Assembly (NCBI GenBank): GCA_963754875.1
Contig: CAVWHO010000011.1
Location: forward strand, 32,001 to 96,000
Direction of reading: 5' to 3'
DNA length: 64,000 bases
Origin: Nitrospirota bacterium
GTDB lineage: Bacteria; Nitrospirota; UBA9217
In this document: piece by piece, positions 10,030 to 19,487 of the stretch
Numbering within the stretch: position 1 is the first letter of the stretch
How the letters are laid out: every line of letters starts with the position of its first letter
Translations under genes and position numbers: made by a program
Notes under the pieces: model-generated
Databases searched by the model: none
What the model saw: the letters and a program-made list of their open reading frames with translations, nothing else
What the model was told of the DNA's origin: nothing

Positions 10030-11100
10030 ATGAATAACCTTAGCAAACTGGATTTCACCGGTCAACACATTTATGTGGGGATGGATGTTCACCGAAAGAG
10101 CTGGAGCATCAGTATTATGACCGAACACAGCGCACATAAGACGTTCTCCCAGCCACCGGACCCTGTGCTCCTGAGCAACTATATGCAGCGAAACTTCCCC
10201 GGGGCAACCTATCATGCTGCTTACGAGGCCGGCTATTCCGGTTTCTGGATCCATGACCAACTCCGCGAGAAAGGCATCGAATGCATGGTAGTAAATCCTG
10301 CCGATGTCCCGACAAAAGACAAAGAACGCGCTGGCAAAACTGATAAAGTGGATTGCCGTAAGCTTGCCCGCTGCCTCAGGAACGGCGAGCTCGAAGGAAT
10401 CTATGTTCCTGCTCGAGTGAAGGTCGAAGACCGCGGTTTGCTCCGGACCCGACGCAACATGGTCAAAAAGCAGGTCCGTTGCAAAAACCAGATCAAGTCT
10501 CTGCTTGCCTTTTATGGTATCCATCTACCAAACGACATTGTTCACAGCAACTGGTCATATAAATTCATCCAATGGATTCAGAGCATTCAAATGGAACGGG
10601 CCAGCGGGAACTACGTTTTTAAAGTCTACCTCTATGAACTGGAACAACTTCGCAGAATCATCACTGCTTTGAACCGACAGATCCGCATCCTCGCCCGAAC
10701 AGATGAGTATAAGACCAATGTGCAGTTGTTAAGGACTGTTCCCGGCATCAGTACGCTTACTGCCATGACGCTTCTTACAGAATTATACAATATCGACCGG
10801 TTCCAGTCGCTCGATAAGCTCGCAAGCTATATTGGTCTTGTTCCTGACACAGACTCCAGCGGAGAGAAAGATACGACGAAGGGCATGACGAATCGAAAGA
10901 ACCGGTTTCTGCGATTCTTGATCATTGAAGATGCGTGGATCGCTGTACGGCAGGATCCGGCGCTTTTGATGGCTTTTGAGCGGCTTACGAAAAAGATGCC
11001 GAAAACCAGGGCCATTATCCATATAGCCAGGAAACTCTTGAACCGTATCAGATACGTTCTTAAGAACCAGAAGGAGTATGTGTCGGCAGTTGTTCAGTAA
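10030..11100 (+). CDS. IS110-family DEDD recombinase/transposase
   Basis: GMDVH (D), AYEAG (E), KTDKVD (DD), TVPGI, YIGLVP..DSSG catalytic serine. Confidence 0.95.
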   Translation: MNNLSKLDFTGQHIYVGMDVHRKSWSISIMTEHSAHKTFSQPPDPVLLSNYMQRNFPGATYHAAYEAGYSGFWIHDQLREKGIECMVVNPADVPTKDKERAGKTDKVDCRKLARCLRNGELEGIYVPARVKVEDRGLLRTRRNMVKKQVRCKNQIKSLLAFYGIHLPNDIVHSNWSYKFIQWIQSIQMERASGNYVFKVYLYELEQLRRIITALNRQIRILARTDEYKTNVQLLRTVPGISTLTAMTLLTELYNIDRFQSLDKLASYIGLVPDTDSSGEKDTTKGMTNRKNRFLRFLIIEDAWIAVRQDPALLMAFERLTKKMPKTRAIIHIARKLLNRIRYVLKNQKEYVSAVVQ

Positions 11101-11109
11101 CTTACGGGA

Positions 11110-11315
11110 TTGTGCTGGGACGAATGATCTTTATAGACCTAGTTCATCGTGGGTAACGCTTTCTTTCTTCCTGCAGCCGGATGCATTGTGTCTGCTTACT
11201 TCAGACTGCGTACCCACACTTTAAAACATGACCGAGGAAATGCAGCTGCCTTTATGCTGTAGGCATGTCTGCTGATAAAAGGTTGGTTTTAAAGACTTGT
11301 TCGTCCTGAGAACAA
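11110..11315 (+). ncRNA. Putative bridge/seek RNA of the IS110 element
   Basis: Closing stem GGACGAA/TTCGTCC; two hairpins with large internal loops, both capped by TGCAGC...TGTCTGCT. Confidence 0.7.
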
Positions 11316-11467
11316 AACCGAAGAAGGGATTACTACGCCAAAAGTAGACTTGACCTTTAACATAAAAGGAAGTTTATCAGAGCTAAACGGATCTATTATG
11401 CACATCCATTCAGTTTAGAGAATGCGCGAGATAGAGGATGAAAGAATTCCTCAACAATAAGACATAC

Positions 11468-12389
11468 TTATTTGGACAGCTTTGCAGTAAAGGCGGGAAC
11501 GAACTGCATCACATCGGCCACTACCATCACATCCGCTACTTCGCCGATAGGCGCGTCCTTGTCCTTGTTGATGGCAACTACAAACTCGGAATTCTTCATC
11601 CCGGCCAAATGCTGAATGGCCCCGGAAATGCCGCACGCCACGTAGATCTTCGGCGCCACGGTCTGGCCGGTGGTCCCGACCTGGTGGCTGTGCTCGAGCC
11701 ATCCCGCATCGACCACCGGACGGCTCGCCCCGAGTTGCCCGCCCAGGGCCTTGGCCAGCGCGGCGATGATTGCCACATTTTCTTTTTTCCCGACTCCTCT
11801 GCCGGCGCTGACGATCACCTCTGCGCGCGACAGGTCTACTTCTTTTTTCTGCGGCGGCTCATAGCCGACGAATTCCATAGCCGAAACAGCGTCAGCGAGG
11901 TCGATCTTTTCCACCTGCGGGTTCCCCTGCGGCTTCTCCGCTGAAGTTGAAGGCCCCGGCTTGAATGGTGAGGACCGTCTTCCCCGTCTGCGAGATGACG
12001 GTCCGCCGCAGTTTGGCATTGCAGAGGCCGACTTCGAATTTTCCTTCGTTGATTCCGACGATTTCGGAAACCTGTCCGACCTTGAGCGCCGCGGCCACCC
12101 GCGGGGCCAGGTCCCAGCCATAGGAGGAATGGAGAAAAACGATACAGTCGGGGTTTTCCCGCTTGACTGCTTCAAGCACGATCTTGTTTGTGCAGATCCG
12201 GATTGTACTCTCCGTATTTTTTGGCATCGGCAAAATAGAGTTTGCAGTTGACCCTGGGGAGCTTCCGCTTCGCTCCCGATCAGGACCATTGCCTTGTCAG
12301 CCCCCAGCTTGTCGGCAAAAGCCACGAGTTCATAGCTGGAAGTCAAGGAGGTTTCCTTCCCGGTATTCGCAAATCAGCAGTGCTTTCAT
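11468..12389 (-). CDS. etfA: Electron transfer flavoprotein alpha subunit (several 1-bp indels)
   Basis: IVSAGRG, GASRPVVD, QVGTTG, ACGISGAIQHLAG, AINKD; N-terminus MKALLICEYREG at 12389. Confidence 0.9.
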
Positions 12390-12428
12390 TCGATCCTCCT
12401 AACCCGGTCAAACTCAAAAACAGGATTT

Positions 12429-12544
12429 TAACCACAGGCGCCTTTGGCGCACACGGTTAGATTCGAGTCATGGGGTTTTTTGTTGCGACAGGTTTCCCTA
12501 CTACTGTGTTCATCTGTGCGTCCCGTACTCGGGACCCGTGGTTA
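12429..12544. repeat. REP-like palindromic intergenic element between etfB and etfA
   Basis: TAACCACAGG...CCCGTGGTTA imperfect IR with internal CTGTGTTCATCTGTG. Confidence 0.5.
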
Positions 12545-12592
12545 CATCCAGGTTGTCTTTTTGTGTCTTTTCTACCTCATTGTGAAAATTTT

Positions 12593-13372
12593 TTACTTCA
12601 CTACCGTGGTTTTCTCTTTTAAAATGACGAGGAGCCGCTCAGCCATATCGTTCACGTCGCTTTCAAGGAGAATGCCGCTCCCTTTCCTCGCAGGCGCATA
12701 GGCACTGGCCGTGGCAGTCATTTCCTTCTCTTGAAGAAAATCGGTAATTGGGAAAACAAGGAGCTCCTTCTTCTTCGCCTTCATGATATTGGGAAGGGTC
12801 GGATAGCGGGGCGTATTGAGCCCGAGCTGGCAGGTAACCAGCGCCGGCAGGCTGAACTTCACCGCTGCTTTCACGCCCCCCTCCAGTTCCCGCTTTGCGG
12901 TGACGATGCCGTCTGTCGATAGGCAAAACCGACGACTGTAGTGACGCACGTGATGCCCAAGAGTTCTGCTACGATGGCGCCGACCTGAGCGGAACCGCGG
13001 TCCTGGGACTGCATGCCGGTGAAGATGAGGTCGAAGTTTTTGTCGCGGCCAAATCCGGCTATGGTGGAAGCGATCTGCCACGGATCTTTTTGATAGGAGG
13101 CATTGTCCTGGATGTGGACACCCGCGGTCGCACCCCATGGCCAGGGCCTTCTTGATCGGCTCGACGAGCCGGTCAGGCCCGATGGAGAGTACGGTAATGT
13201 CCGGCTCGTTGCCGAGCTTTTCCTTGACTTGCACCGCCTGCTCAACAGCATATTCATCGTACTCGTTCATCCTGAAAGCCAGGTCAGTCTCGTCATACCA
13301 GACGTTGTCCTTGTTGACCTTAAACCGGGATGCCATGTCAGGCACCTGCTTGATGCAAACCAGTATCTTCAT
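12593..13372 (-). CDS. etfB: Electron transfer flavoprotein beta subunit (compensating indels)
   Basis: MKILVCIKQVPD, NEYDEYAVE, TGMQSQD (alternate frame), NTPRYPTLPNIMKAKKK. Confidence 0.92.
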   Translation of the reverse strand: MKILVCIKQVPDMASRFKVNKDNVWYDETDLAFRMNEYDEYAVEQAVQVKEKLGNEPDITVLSIGPDRLVEPIKKALAMGCDRGCPHPGQCLLSKRSVADRFHHSRIWPRQKLRPHLHRHAVPGPRFRSGRRHRSRTLGHHVRHYSRRFCLSTDGIVTAKRELEGGVKAAVKFSLPALVTCQLGLNTPRYPTLPNIMKAKKKELLVFPITDFLQEKEMTATASAYAPARKGSGILLESDVNDMAERLLVILKEKTTVVK

Positions 13373-13373
13373 C

Positions 13374-15359
13374 CTATCCTCCGATTCGTGCGGCGACAAT
13401 CTCAGCCAGATCAAGCGCCTTCAACTTTCCTTCAGCGTCTCCGGTTTTTATTCCATCCTCGATCATGGTGAGACAGAAGGGACAGTTGGAAACAAGCAGC
13501 GGGGCTCCCGTTGCCTGGGCCATTTTTACCCGTGCCACGTTGATTCTCGTCCCGAGCTTCTCCTCGGCCAGAATCCTGCCCCCGCCAGCGCCGCAGCAGA
13601 AGCTTTCGTAGCCTGACTGCTCCATCTCCGTGATCTGCCCGCCTGCCGCCTTGAGAACAGCGCGCGGTTCAACAAAGATGTCCTTGTAGCGCCCCAGGTA
13701 GCAGGAGTCATGGTAGGTGAATTCGAACGACTCCGGTTTGAGCTTCAGCCTGTTGCCGCTGATCAGGCCGTTCACGAAGGTGCTGTAGTGCTCAACATCA
13801 ATCTCCAGCCCGAGGTCCTTGTAATCTCTGCCCAGGGTATTGAAGCAGTGGGGGCAGGTCGTGACGATCTTCTTAACCCCGTACTTCTTGATCACTTCGA
13901 TGTTCTGGGCTGCCACGGTCTGGTAGAGATACTCGTTCCCCATCTTTCGCACTGGTTCGCCGCAGCATTTCTCTTCCTTGCCGAGAATGCCGACCCGGAT
14001 GTTTGCTCCGTTGCAGATCTTGACGAAGCTCCGGGCAATCTCCCGGTTTCTCTTGTCAAAGGAAGCATAACACCCCGCGAAGTAGAGTACGTCCACGTCG
14101 TTGTCCTGCTCCATGATTTTCACGTCGAGCCCTGCGGCCCAGTCGCCGCGGCTGGCGAAGGCGAGTCCGAAGGGGTTGCCGTTCACCTCGATATTGTTGA
14201 CAGCGGTCCGCACCTCGTCGCCGGGGAAGGACCCCTGCATCAGAGAGAGGTTGCGCCGCATTTCGAGGATCTTGTTCACCTGCTCGACACTTGCCGGACA
14301 GATCTCCTGGCATGCTCGGCAGGTGGTGCAGGCCCAGAGGCTGTCCGCGCCGATTGTCTCAACCAGGTCTGCCCCGGGATTGGTGAAAGCCACGTCGCCG
14401 ATCTGCTTTACTATTTTCATGGGAGACAGGGGCTTCCCGGTTACATGGGCCGGGCACCGGTCCTGGCAGCGCTTGCAGGAGGTGCAGGCGTCGGCATCGA
14501 AGATATCTTTCCAGGAGAGATCGGAGACCTTGGCTGCGCCGAACTGACCAGTGCCCTCGTCTTCGAGGTTGATCGTGGCGATCGATCCTTTGGGCGCCAG
14601 ATCAGTGAACAGGTAATTGGCAGAGGTGGTGAAGATGTGCCGCAGTTTTGTGGAGGGGATGATCGCGATAAAACTCATTGCCAGCAGAAGGTGGACCCAC
14701 CAGAGCAGCTTATGAACAAGAGACAGGGCTTCGGAAGTCATGCCAAGGAAAAGCTTCCCGATGACCATGCCGAAAGGAGAAAAGAGCGCCAGGTCTGGAT
14801 TAGTTCTGAGCTCGGTAGCGGCCATCCGCACTCCTTCAATAACGAAACCGGTCACGAGGATGGTAAACAGCAGGCCGTGTATTACATAATCATCTCTTAT
14901 GGTTTCCAAACCTTCAGGCTTGATGAAGAAGCGGCGAACAAGCAACCCGCCGAGCATAAGGATTCCGACAAAGCCGGCTGCATCGAGAGCGAGCGAGAAT
15001 ATTTTGTAAAAAGATCCTTTGAGGAAGGCCAGCCCGAGAACGGGCTGGGTGAAATCCACCTGGGCCATGACGAGGAGCGTGCCGATAAAGAGTATGCCGA
15101 AGCTCCAAAAGAAAAAGGCGTGAAAGAACCCGGGGCCAGGCACGCGGAGCACCCGCACCTGGGCGATCATGTTCTTCAGGAACAGCAAAATTCTCTCAGG
15201 CAGGCGATCGAACCTGTTCAGCGCCTTTCCCTGGCGGTATACGGCGAAACGGCGGTAAAAGCCGTAGAGAAACGCAGCAACAGCAAGAGCAAAGATGAAG
15301 TACATGGGCACTACGACGCCGTGCCCTACATTCCAGTATATTTCCCGGGTAGCTTCCAT
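13374..15359 (-). CDS. fadF: Membrane Fe-S oxidoreductase (NarI-like TM + 4Fe-4S + CCG domains; FadF / ETF:menaquinone oxidoreductase)
   Basis: CTSCKRCQDRCP, CTTCRACQEICP, CCG, HDSC, CCGAGGG motifs; adjacent to etfBA. Confidence 0.88.
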   Translation of the reverse strand: MEATREIYWNVGHGVVVPMYFIFALAVAAFLYGFYRRFAVYRQGKALNRFDRLPERILLFLKNMIAQVRVLRVPGPGFFHAFFFWSFGILFIGTLLVMAQVDFTQPVLGLAFLKGSFYKIFSLALDAAGFVGILMLGGLLVRRFFIKPEGLETIRDDYVIHGLLFTILVTGFVIEGVRMAATELRTNPDLALFSPFGMVIGKLFLGMTSEALSLVHKLLWWVHLLLAMSFIAIIPSTKLRHIFTTSANYLFTDLAPKGSIATINLEDEGTGQFGAAKVSDLSWKDIFDADACTSCKRCQDRCPAHVTGKPLSPMKIVKQIGDVAFTNPGADLVETIGADSLWACTTCRACQEICPASVEQVNKILEMRRNLSLMQGSFPGDEVRTAVNNIEVNGNPFGLAFASRGDWAAGLDVKIMEQDNDVDVLYFAGCYASFDKRNREIARSFVKICNGANIRVGILGKEEKCCGEPVRKMGNEYLYQTVAAQNIEVIKKYGVKKIVTTCPHCFNTLGRDYKDLGLEIDVEHYSTFVNGLISGNRLKLKPESFEFTYHDSCYLGRYKDIFVEPRAVLKAAGGQITEMEQSGYESFCCGAGGGRILAEEKLGTRINVARVKMAQATGAPLLVSNCPFCLTMIEDGIKTGDAEGKLKALDLAEIVAARIGG

Positions 15360-15452
15360 AGGAGTGCTCCTTAAAGCCGGTTACGAGTAAGCTGATCTCT
15401 TGACAAGTTTCGTGAGTAAGTATATCTATTGACGAATTTATTTCCCAGGAGT

Positions 15453-15481
15453 ACTATAATTACGCTTAACGTTAATGTCAA
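15453..15481 (-). promoter_or_regulatory. Sigma70 promoter of fadF-etfBA with overlapping LiuR-type operator (15466-15481)
   Basis: TTGACA-N17-TATAGT; operator TTGACATTAACGTTAA. Confidence 0.7.
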
Positions 15482-15549
15482 CTATAAAGCCCTCATCGTT
15501 TGACTTTAGCCGTTGCCGATAATCCATCAATCTCCTTTAAAGGTAAAAC

Positions 15550-15945
15550 ATGAAACTCAGTTCAGTTGAATACATGCAGATCAGCGAACTTGCCAAGGCA
15601 CTGCATATCACCACCAGGACCATCCGGCTCTATGAGCAGATGGGGCTGGTTGAACCCCCGAAGAGGACCGAGGGAGGCATACGCGTCTATGATAAAGCCG
15701 ATATCACACGGTTCAAGTTCGTTCTCAAGTTGAAGACCTTGGGACTCTCCCTGCAGGAGATGAAGGAATTGGCCGACCTCTACTCAAGGGAACAGCTCCC
15801 CGAAAAGATAATGCCGCGCCTGATCGAGCTGCTCGATTCCCACCTTGACAATATCAGGAAGAGGGTCGCCCAGCTGCGGTCCCTCGAAACCGACATCGCC
15901 AAATACAAGCAGAAAATCTTCGATTATTACCACCTTCCTCGCTAG
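15550..15945 (+). CDS. MerR-family regulator (LiuR-like)
   Basis: ISELAKALHITTRTIRLYEQMGL..P.R...R.Y; GLSLQEMKEL. Confidence 0.92.
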   Translation: MKLSSVEYMQISELAKALHITTRTIRLYEQMGLVEPPKRTEGGIRVYDKADITRFKFVLKLKTLGLSLQEMKELADLYSREQLPEKIMPRLIELLDSHLDNIRKRVAQLRSLETDIAKYKQKIFDYYHLPR

Positions 15946-16031
15946 GGTGCCAGCGTCGCCCAAAATGTGAACCGGCCAATCCAAGATATTTTTTGCACAG
16001 AAAAAGTCTCCCCTACGTTTTGCATATCCGT

Positions 16032-16418
16032 TCACGCCATAGCGCGCAAACGTTCCGGCACCGCAACCGGTTTTTTCTTGACGCTGTCGACGCAGACCAT
16101 CGTGGTTACAGCATTGGCAAATATTCTGTCATCATTATCATGAATGTGGTAAGTAAGATCGAAACTCGTAGCGCCGATGCGGCTCACCCACGCTGAGACC
16201 ACTACCGTGTCACTCAGGAGGATAGGGTATTTGTAGTCACACTCTGCCCTGCCCACGACAATAAATATCCCCTGGTCAGTCAGCTCCTGAAAAGCCTCCA
16301 TGAATAGCTTTATCCGGGCGGTTTCCAGGTAGGTAAAATAGACTGCGCTATTCACGTGGCCGTAGAGATCGAGGTCGGAGAACCGGAGATCAATGGAGGT
16401 GGAGTATCGCTTTGTCAT
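16032..16418 (-). CDS. Acyl-CoA thioesterase (4HBT/YbgC family)
   Basis: RFSDLDLYGHVNSAVYFTYLETAR. Confidence 0.92.
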   Translation of the reverse strand: MTKRYSTSIDLRFSDLDLYGHVNSAVYFTYLETARIKLFMEAFQELTDQGIFIVVGRAECDYKYPILLSDTVVVSAWVSRIGATSFDLTYHIHDNDDRIFANAVTTMVCVDSVKKKPVAVPERLRAMA

Positions 16419-16490
16419 CAACAGCTCCTTTCTATCTGGGTCGAGATCACGAACAACACTTGCGCAGGGGTGGTCAATACTGGCAGTCTT

Positions 16491-18494
16491 TCAACTGATC
16501 CCTGTACCAACAGCAAACCCTCGGTGGACCGCATCGAAGACCGTGCCCGGCGTGTCGGCATCTCCTGCAATTCGAAAAGGGATACCTTTCTTCACTATCA
16601 ATTCCTGGATCGGGTTAAAGGCCCTTGTTCCAACAGCAAGGACAACCGTATCCGTAGGAATTTCTTCGACTCCTGCCGTGCTTTCTACGCGCACGTGAGC
16701 GGCAGTGATCTCGAGGACGCGGACACTCGTTTTCGTCCGTACGCCGAAACGCTCCACGTCCTGGAGCATGCCCCACCGTGTGGTCTTGCCGAAATTTTTT
16801 CCCAATTCATCGATCACCTCGATCACGGTCACTTCTTTGGTCCCCCGTACTGCCAACCCATAGAGACTGTCCGTGGACTCGGCTTCATGGACCAGGAGAA
16901 ATTTAAGCGCCTCGCCGGAAAGGGTCCCTTTCGCCGCCAGAAAGAGTGCTGTTTCAATTCCCACTGCTCCGCCGCCGATGACCACGACCTGTCGGCCAGT
17001 ATGAACTCTCCCGGACAACACGTCCCAGGCCTGTACGACGTGACGAAGCTCTACGCCCGGGATAGAAGGAACGATGGGTGCTCCGCCTGTGGCCAGCACA
17101 ACAATGTCAGGCTTCACTTGGTTCAGGAGCGCGGCATCGACCTCCTGGTTGAGGACAACCGAGACCCCATGGACTGCAAGCTGCCTTGAGAGGTCATGCA
17201 CAAGCCCGAGGAATTCCTCACGCCCGGGAGCAGCCCCGGCCAGATGAAGCTGGCCGCCGAGCCTGCCACTCCTTTCGTAGATCGTCACCTGGTGGCCGCA
17301 ACGGGCTGCGCCTGCTGCCGCACTCATACCGGCCGCTCCGCCACCGATCACCATGACCTTCTGCGGTTTATCGGTCTTTTCGATCACCGTTTCGAGCTCG
17401 TGGCCAGCCCGAGGATTGCAGAGGCACTCAACATGCTTCATCTTGAAGAGATTGTCAAAGCAGCCCTGACCGCAGGCCACGCAATGAACAATATCCTGTT
17501 CTCTTCCTGTCCGGGCCTTTTCCGGTAACTGAGGATCGGCAATGAGGGCCCTGCCCATGGCAACTACGTCGCAAACGCCGTCCTCCAGCATTTCCCTGGC
17601 CACAACAGGATCATTGATACGGTGACTGGCGATGATCGGGACGTTTACACGTTCTTTGATTCCCCGGGCCAGATAGGCAAAAACTCCGCGCGGGACCTCA
17701 GCCGCGATCTGGGGGACCTTGGCCTCATGCCATCCCACATTGACGCAGAGGGCATCTGCGCCGACCTCTGTGAGACGGACTGCGTACTCCTGCAGCTCAA
17801 TACGACTCGTCCCCCCCTGCATGAACTCGTTGCCGTTCAGCCTGACGACGAGCGGGAAGTTCGCGCCCACGGAGTCCCTGACCGCCTTTAGCACCTCAAG
17901 ACCGAACCGCACCCGGTTCTCGAAGGAGCCGCCGTATCCATCCGTGCGTTTGTTAGTGAGCGGAGAGAGGAATTCGCTGATCAGATAGCCGGTACCTGAG
18001 AGAATTTCTACGGCATCGAACCCTGCTTGCTTGACCCGTTGCGCCGCCTGTGCGAAACTCGTAACGATCCCGTGGATTTCATCAACTGTCAGTTCGCGGG
18101 GAGTTTCCCGGGTGAGCCGCGATGCTACGGCCGAAGGTGCTACGGGCTGCCTGCTGCCGAGAAACAGGGAATAATTATACCGTCCTGCGTGGTTTAATTG
18201 TACAGATGACCGGGCGCCGTTGTCCCTGATAGCTGTTGCCAGGCGGGCAAGACCGGGGATGAACACGTCTTGATGGGCGCCGATATTCCCCGGGTTGCCG
18301 GAAAGTTCATCCACCGTGGCGTAGCCCACGGTGATCATCCCGGCTCCACCGCGTCCCCGCTCGGCGTAGAACGCAACCAGCTGGTCGGTCACGGCGAACT
18401 TCCTCGCCATGTTCAAGTGCATGGCCGGCATGAAAATGCGGTTTTTCACCTGAAGGCCGTTGATCGTGATTGGTTGAAAGAGCGGGTCATTCAT
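16491..18494 (-). CDS. fadH: 2,4-dienoyl-CoA reductase (OYE + FAD/NADPH domains)
   Basis: QLNHAGRY, GYLISEFLSP, VGWHEA, CVACGQGCFD..CLCNP, GGGAAG. Confidence 0.9.
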   Translation of the reverse strand: MNDPLFQPITINGLQVKNRIFMPAMHLNMARKFAVTDQLVAFYAERGRGGAGMITVGYATVDELSGNPGNIGAHQDVFIPGLARLATAIRDNGARSSVQLNHAGRYNYSLFLGSRQPVAPSAVASRLTRETPRELTVDEIHGIVTSFAQAAQRVKQAGFDAVEILSGTGYLISEFLSPLTNKRTDGYGGSFENRVRFGLEVLKAVRDSVGANFPLVVRLNGNEFMQGGTSRIELQEYAVRLTEVGADALCVNVGWHEAKVPQIAAEVPRGVFAYLARGIKERVNVPIIASHRINDPVVAREMLEDGVCDVVAMGRALIADPQLPEKARTGREQDIVHCVACGQGCFDNLFKMKHVECLCNPRAGHELETVIEKTDKPQKVMVIGGGAAGMSAAAGAARCGHQVTIYERSGRLGGQLHLAGAAPGREEFLGLVHDLSRQLAVHGVSVVLNQEVDAALLNQVKPDIVVLATGGAPIVPSIPGVELRHVVQAWDVLSGRVHTGRQVVVIGGGAVGIETALFLAAKGTLSGEALKFLLVHEAESTDSLYGLAVRGTKEVTVIEVIDELGKNFGKTTRWGMLQDVERFGVRTKTSVRVLEITAAHVRVESTAGVEEIPTDTVVLAVGTRAFNPIQELIVKKGIPFRIAGDADTPGTVFDAVHRGFAVGTGIS

Positions 18495-18524
18495 GATTTG
18501 TCTCCGCGATGTGCGGTTTCTGCT

Positions 18525-19466
18525 TTACGCAGTCACGGCCGTGTACAGTTCATGCACCGAATCCGACAATCCGATCTGCTCGAGGGAACGCTCCAGCTTG
18601 TCCGGCTCCGCGAGAAAATCGCGCATGAAAACGATCTCGGAAACTTTCAAATAGACGACAAAGGGATCGACAAGGGACTCGCCGAAAAGATGGCCGATGA
18701 CTTCTTGGAGAGATTCGACGCTGTTAAACCGCTTCACCTGCCCTGCCCTCTCCATGAGTTTCCGGACGTAAAAGTGGATGGTTTCGTCAAGGCCCTTCAC
18801 GTATTCGCGGTGGCCGGGGAGTATGTTGCAGCTCCGAAGTTTTCCCAGCTCCAAGAGGCTCGCGCAGTAGGCATCGTAATTTCTGAACCTTCCGGCAAAG
18901 GTGTCCAGGTCCACATCGAGAAGAGGCGCCTGAAAGATGTCGCGGAGAAGGACATCGCCGCTCACCGCATCGTTTCCGCAGAGGTAGACGAGATCGCTCT
19001 GGGAATGCCCTGGACAGCTGAGCCAGCTGATTCCGAGTTTTTGGGGGATATCGGAATCTTCCACAACAGTGCTTCGCCCGGGAATCTCGGGAAAGACCTT
19101 TTTTTCATCGAGGACATTTTTTAACTGTTCAGTAAATTCGTCATCGAAGCCATAACCCTTCAGGAATTTTTGAATATGGGTAAGACGATGCTTATGATGC
19201 CGCATTTTTACGGCATCCCTGCGGGGGATGAGAATTTCAGCCCTTGAATGCTGCGCAAGGTAAGCGGCCAGACCGCAGTGGTCCACATGACAGTGCGTAA
19301 TAAAAAGATACTTTAGCCGCCCGATATCAACCTGCTCTTCCAGGAAGGCAAGGGCATGCGGCGTGGCAGGCCCGGTATCGAACAGCACAAGGTCTCCGTC
19401 GATCTCCGTGGAGTAGAAGTGGACCTCACCTACCATGTAAGGAGTATGTACCGTGTGTTGTATCAT
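18525..19466 (-). CDS. Metallo-beta-lactamase-fold hydrolase
   Basis: THCHVDHCG, CPGHS, SGD, PGH. Confidence 0.88.
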   Translation of the reverse strand: MIQHTVHTPYMVGEVHFYSTEIDGDLVLFDTGPATPHALAFLEEQVDIGRLKYLFITHCHVDHCGLAAYLAQHSRAEILIPRRDAVKMRHHKHRLTHIQKFLKGYGFDDEFTEQLKNVLDEKKVFPEIPGRSTVVEDSDIPQKLGISWLSCPGHSQSDLVYLCGNDAVSGDVLLRDIFQAPLLDVDLDTFAGRFRNYDAYCASLLELGKLRSCNILPGHREYVKGLDETIHFYVRKLMERAGQVKRFNSVESLQEVIGHLFGESLVDPFVVYLKVSEIVFMRDFLAEPDKLERSLEQIGLSDSVHELYTAVTA

Positions 19467-19487
19467 ACGATTTCATCCGCGCGCGAA

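Larger units (their letters stand above)
9906..11371 (+). mobile_element. IS110-family element (IS1111-like: short left end, long right end); ends approximate
   Basis: Recombinase gene; shared GAA(N)TTT at 9906-9915 and 11369-11377; structured 3' non-coding end. Confidence 0.75.

Noticed and set aside
9925..11440. AGGATG (9925-30, 11435-40) as a target-site duplication of the IS110
   Set aside because: IS110 elements normally make no TSD, and the GAA-core model explains more loop matches and junction symmetry; kept only as an alternative
13710..15374. 554-aa plus-strand ORF and many other long antisense ORFs (e.g. 21495-22514, 61503-62651)
   Set aside because: Shadow frames of well-supported genes in GC-rich coding sequence; no motifs
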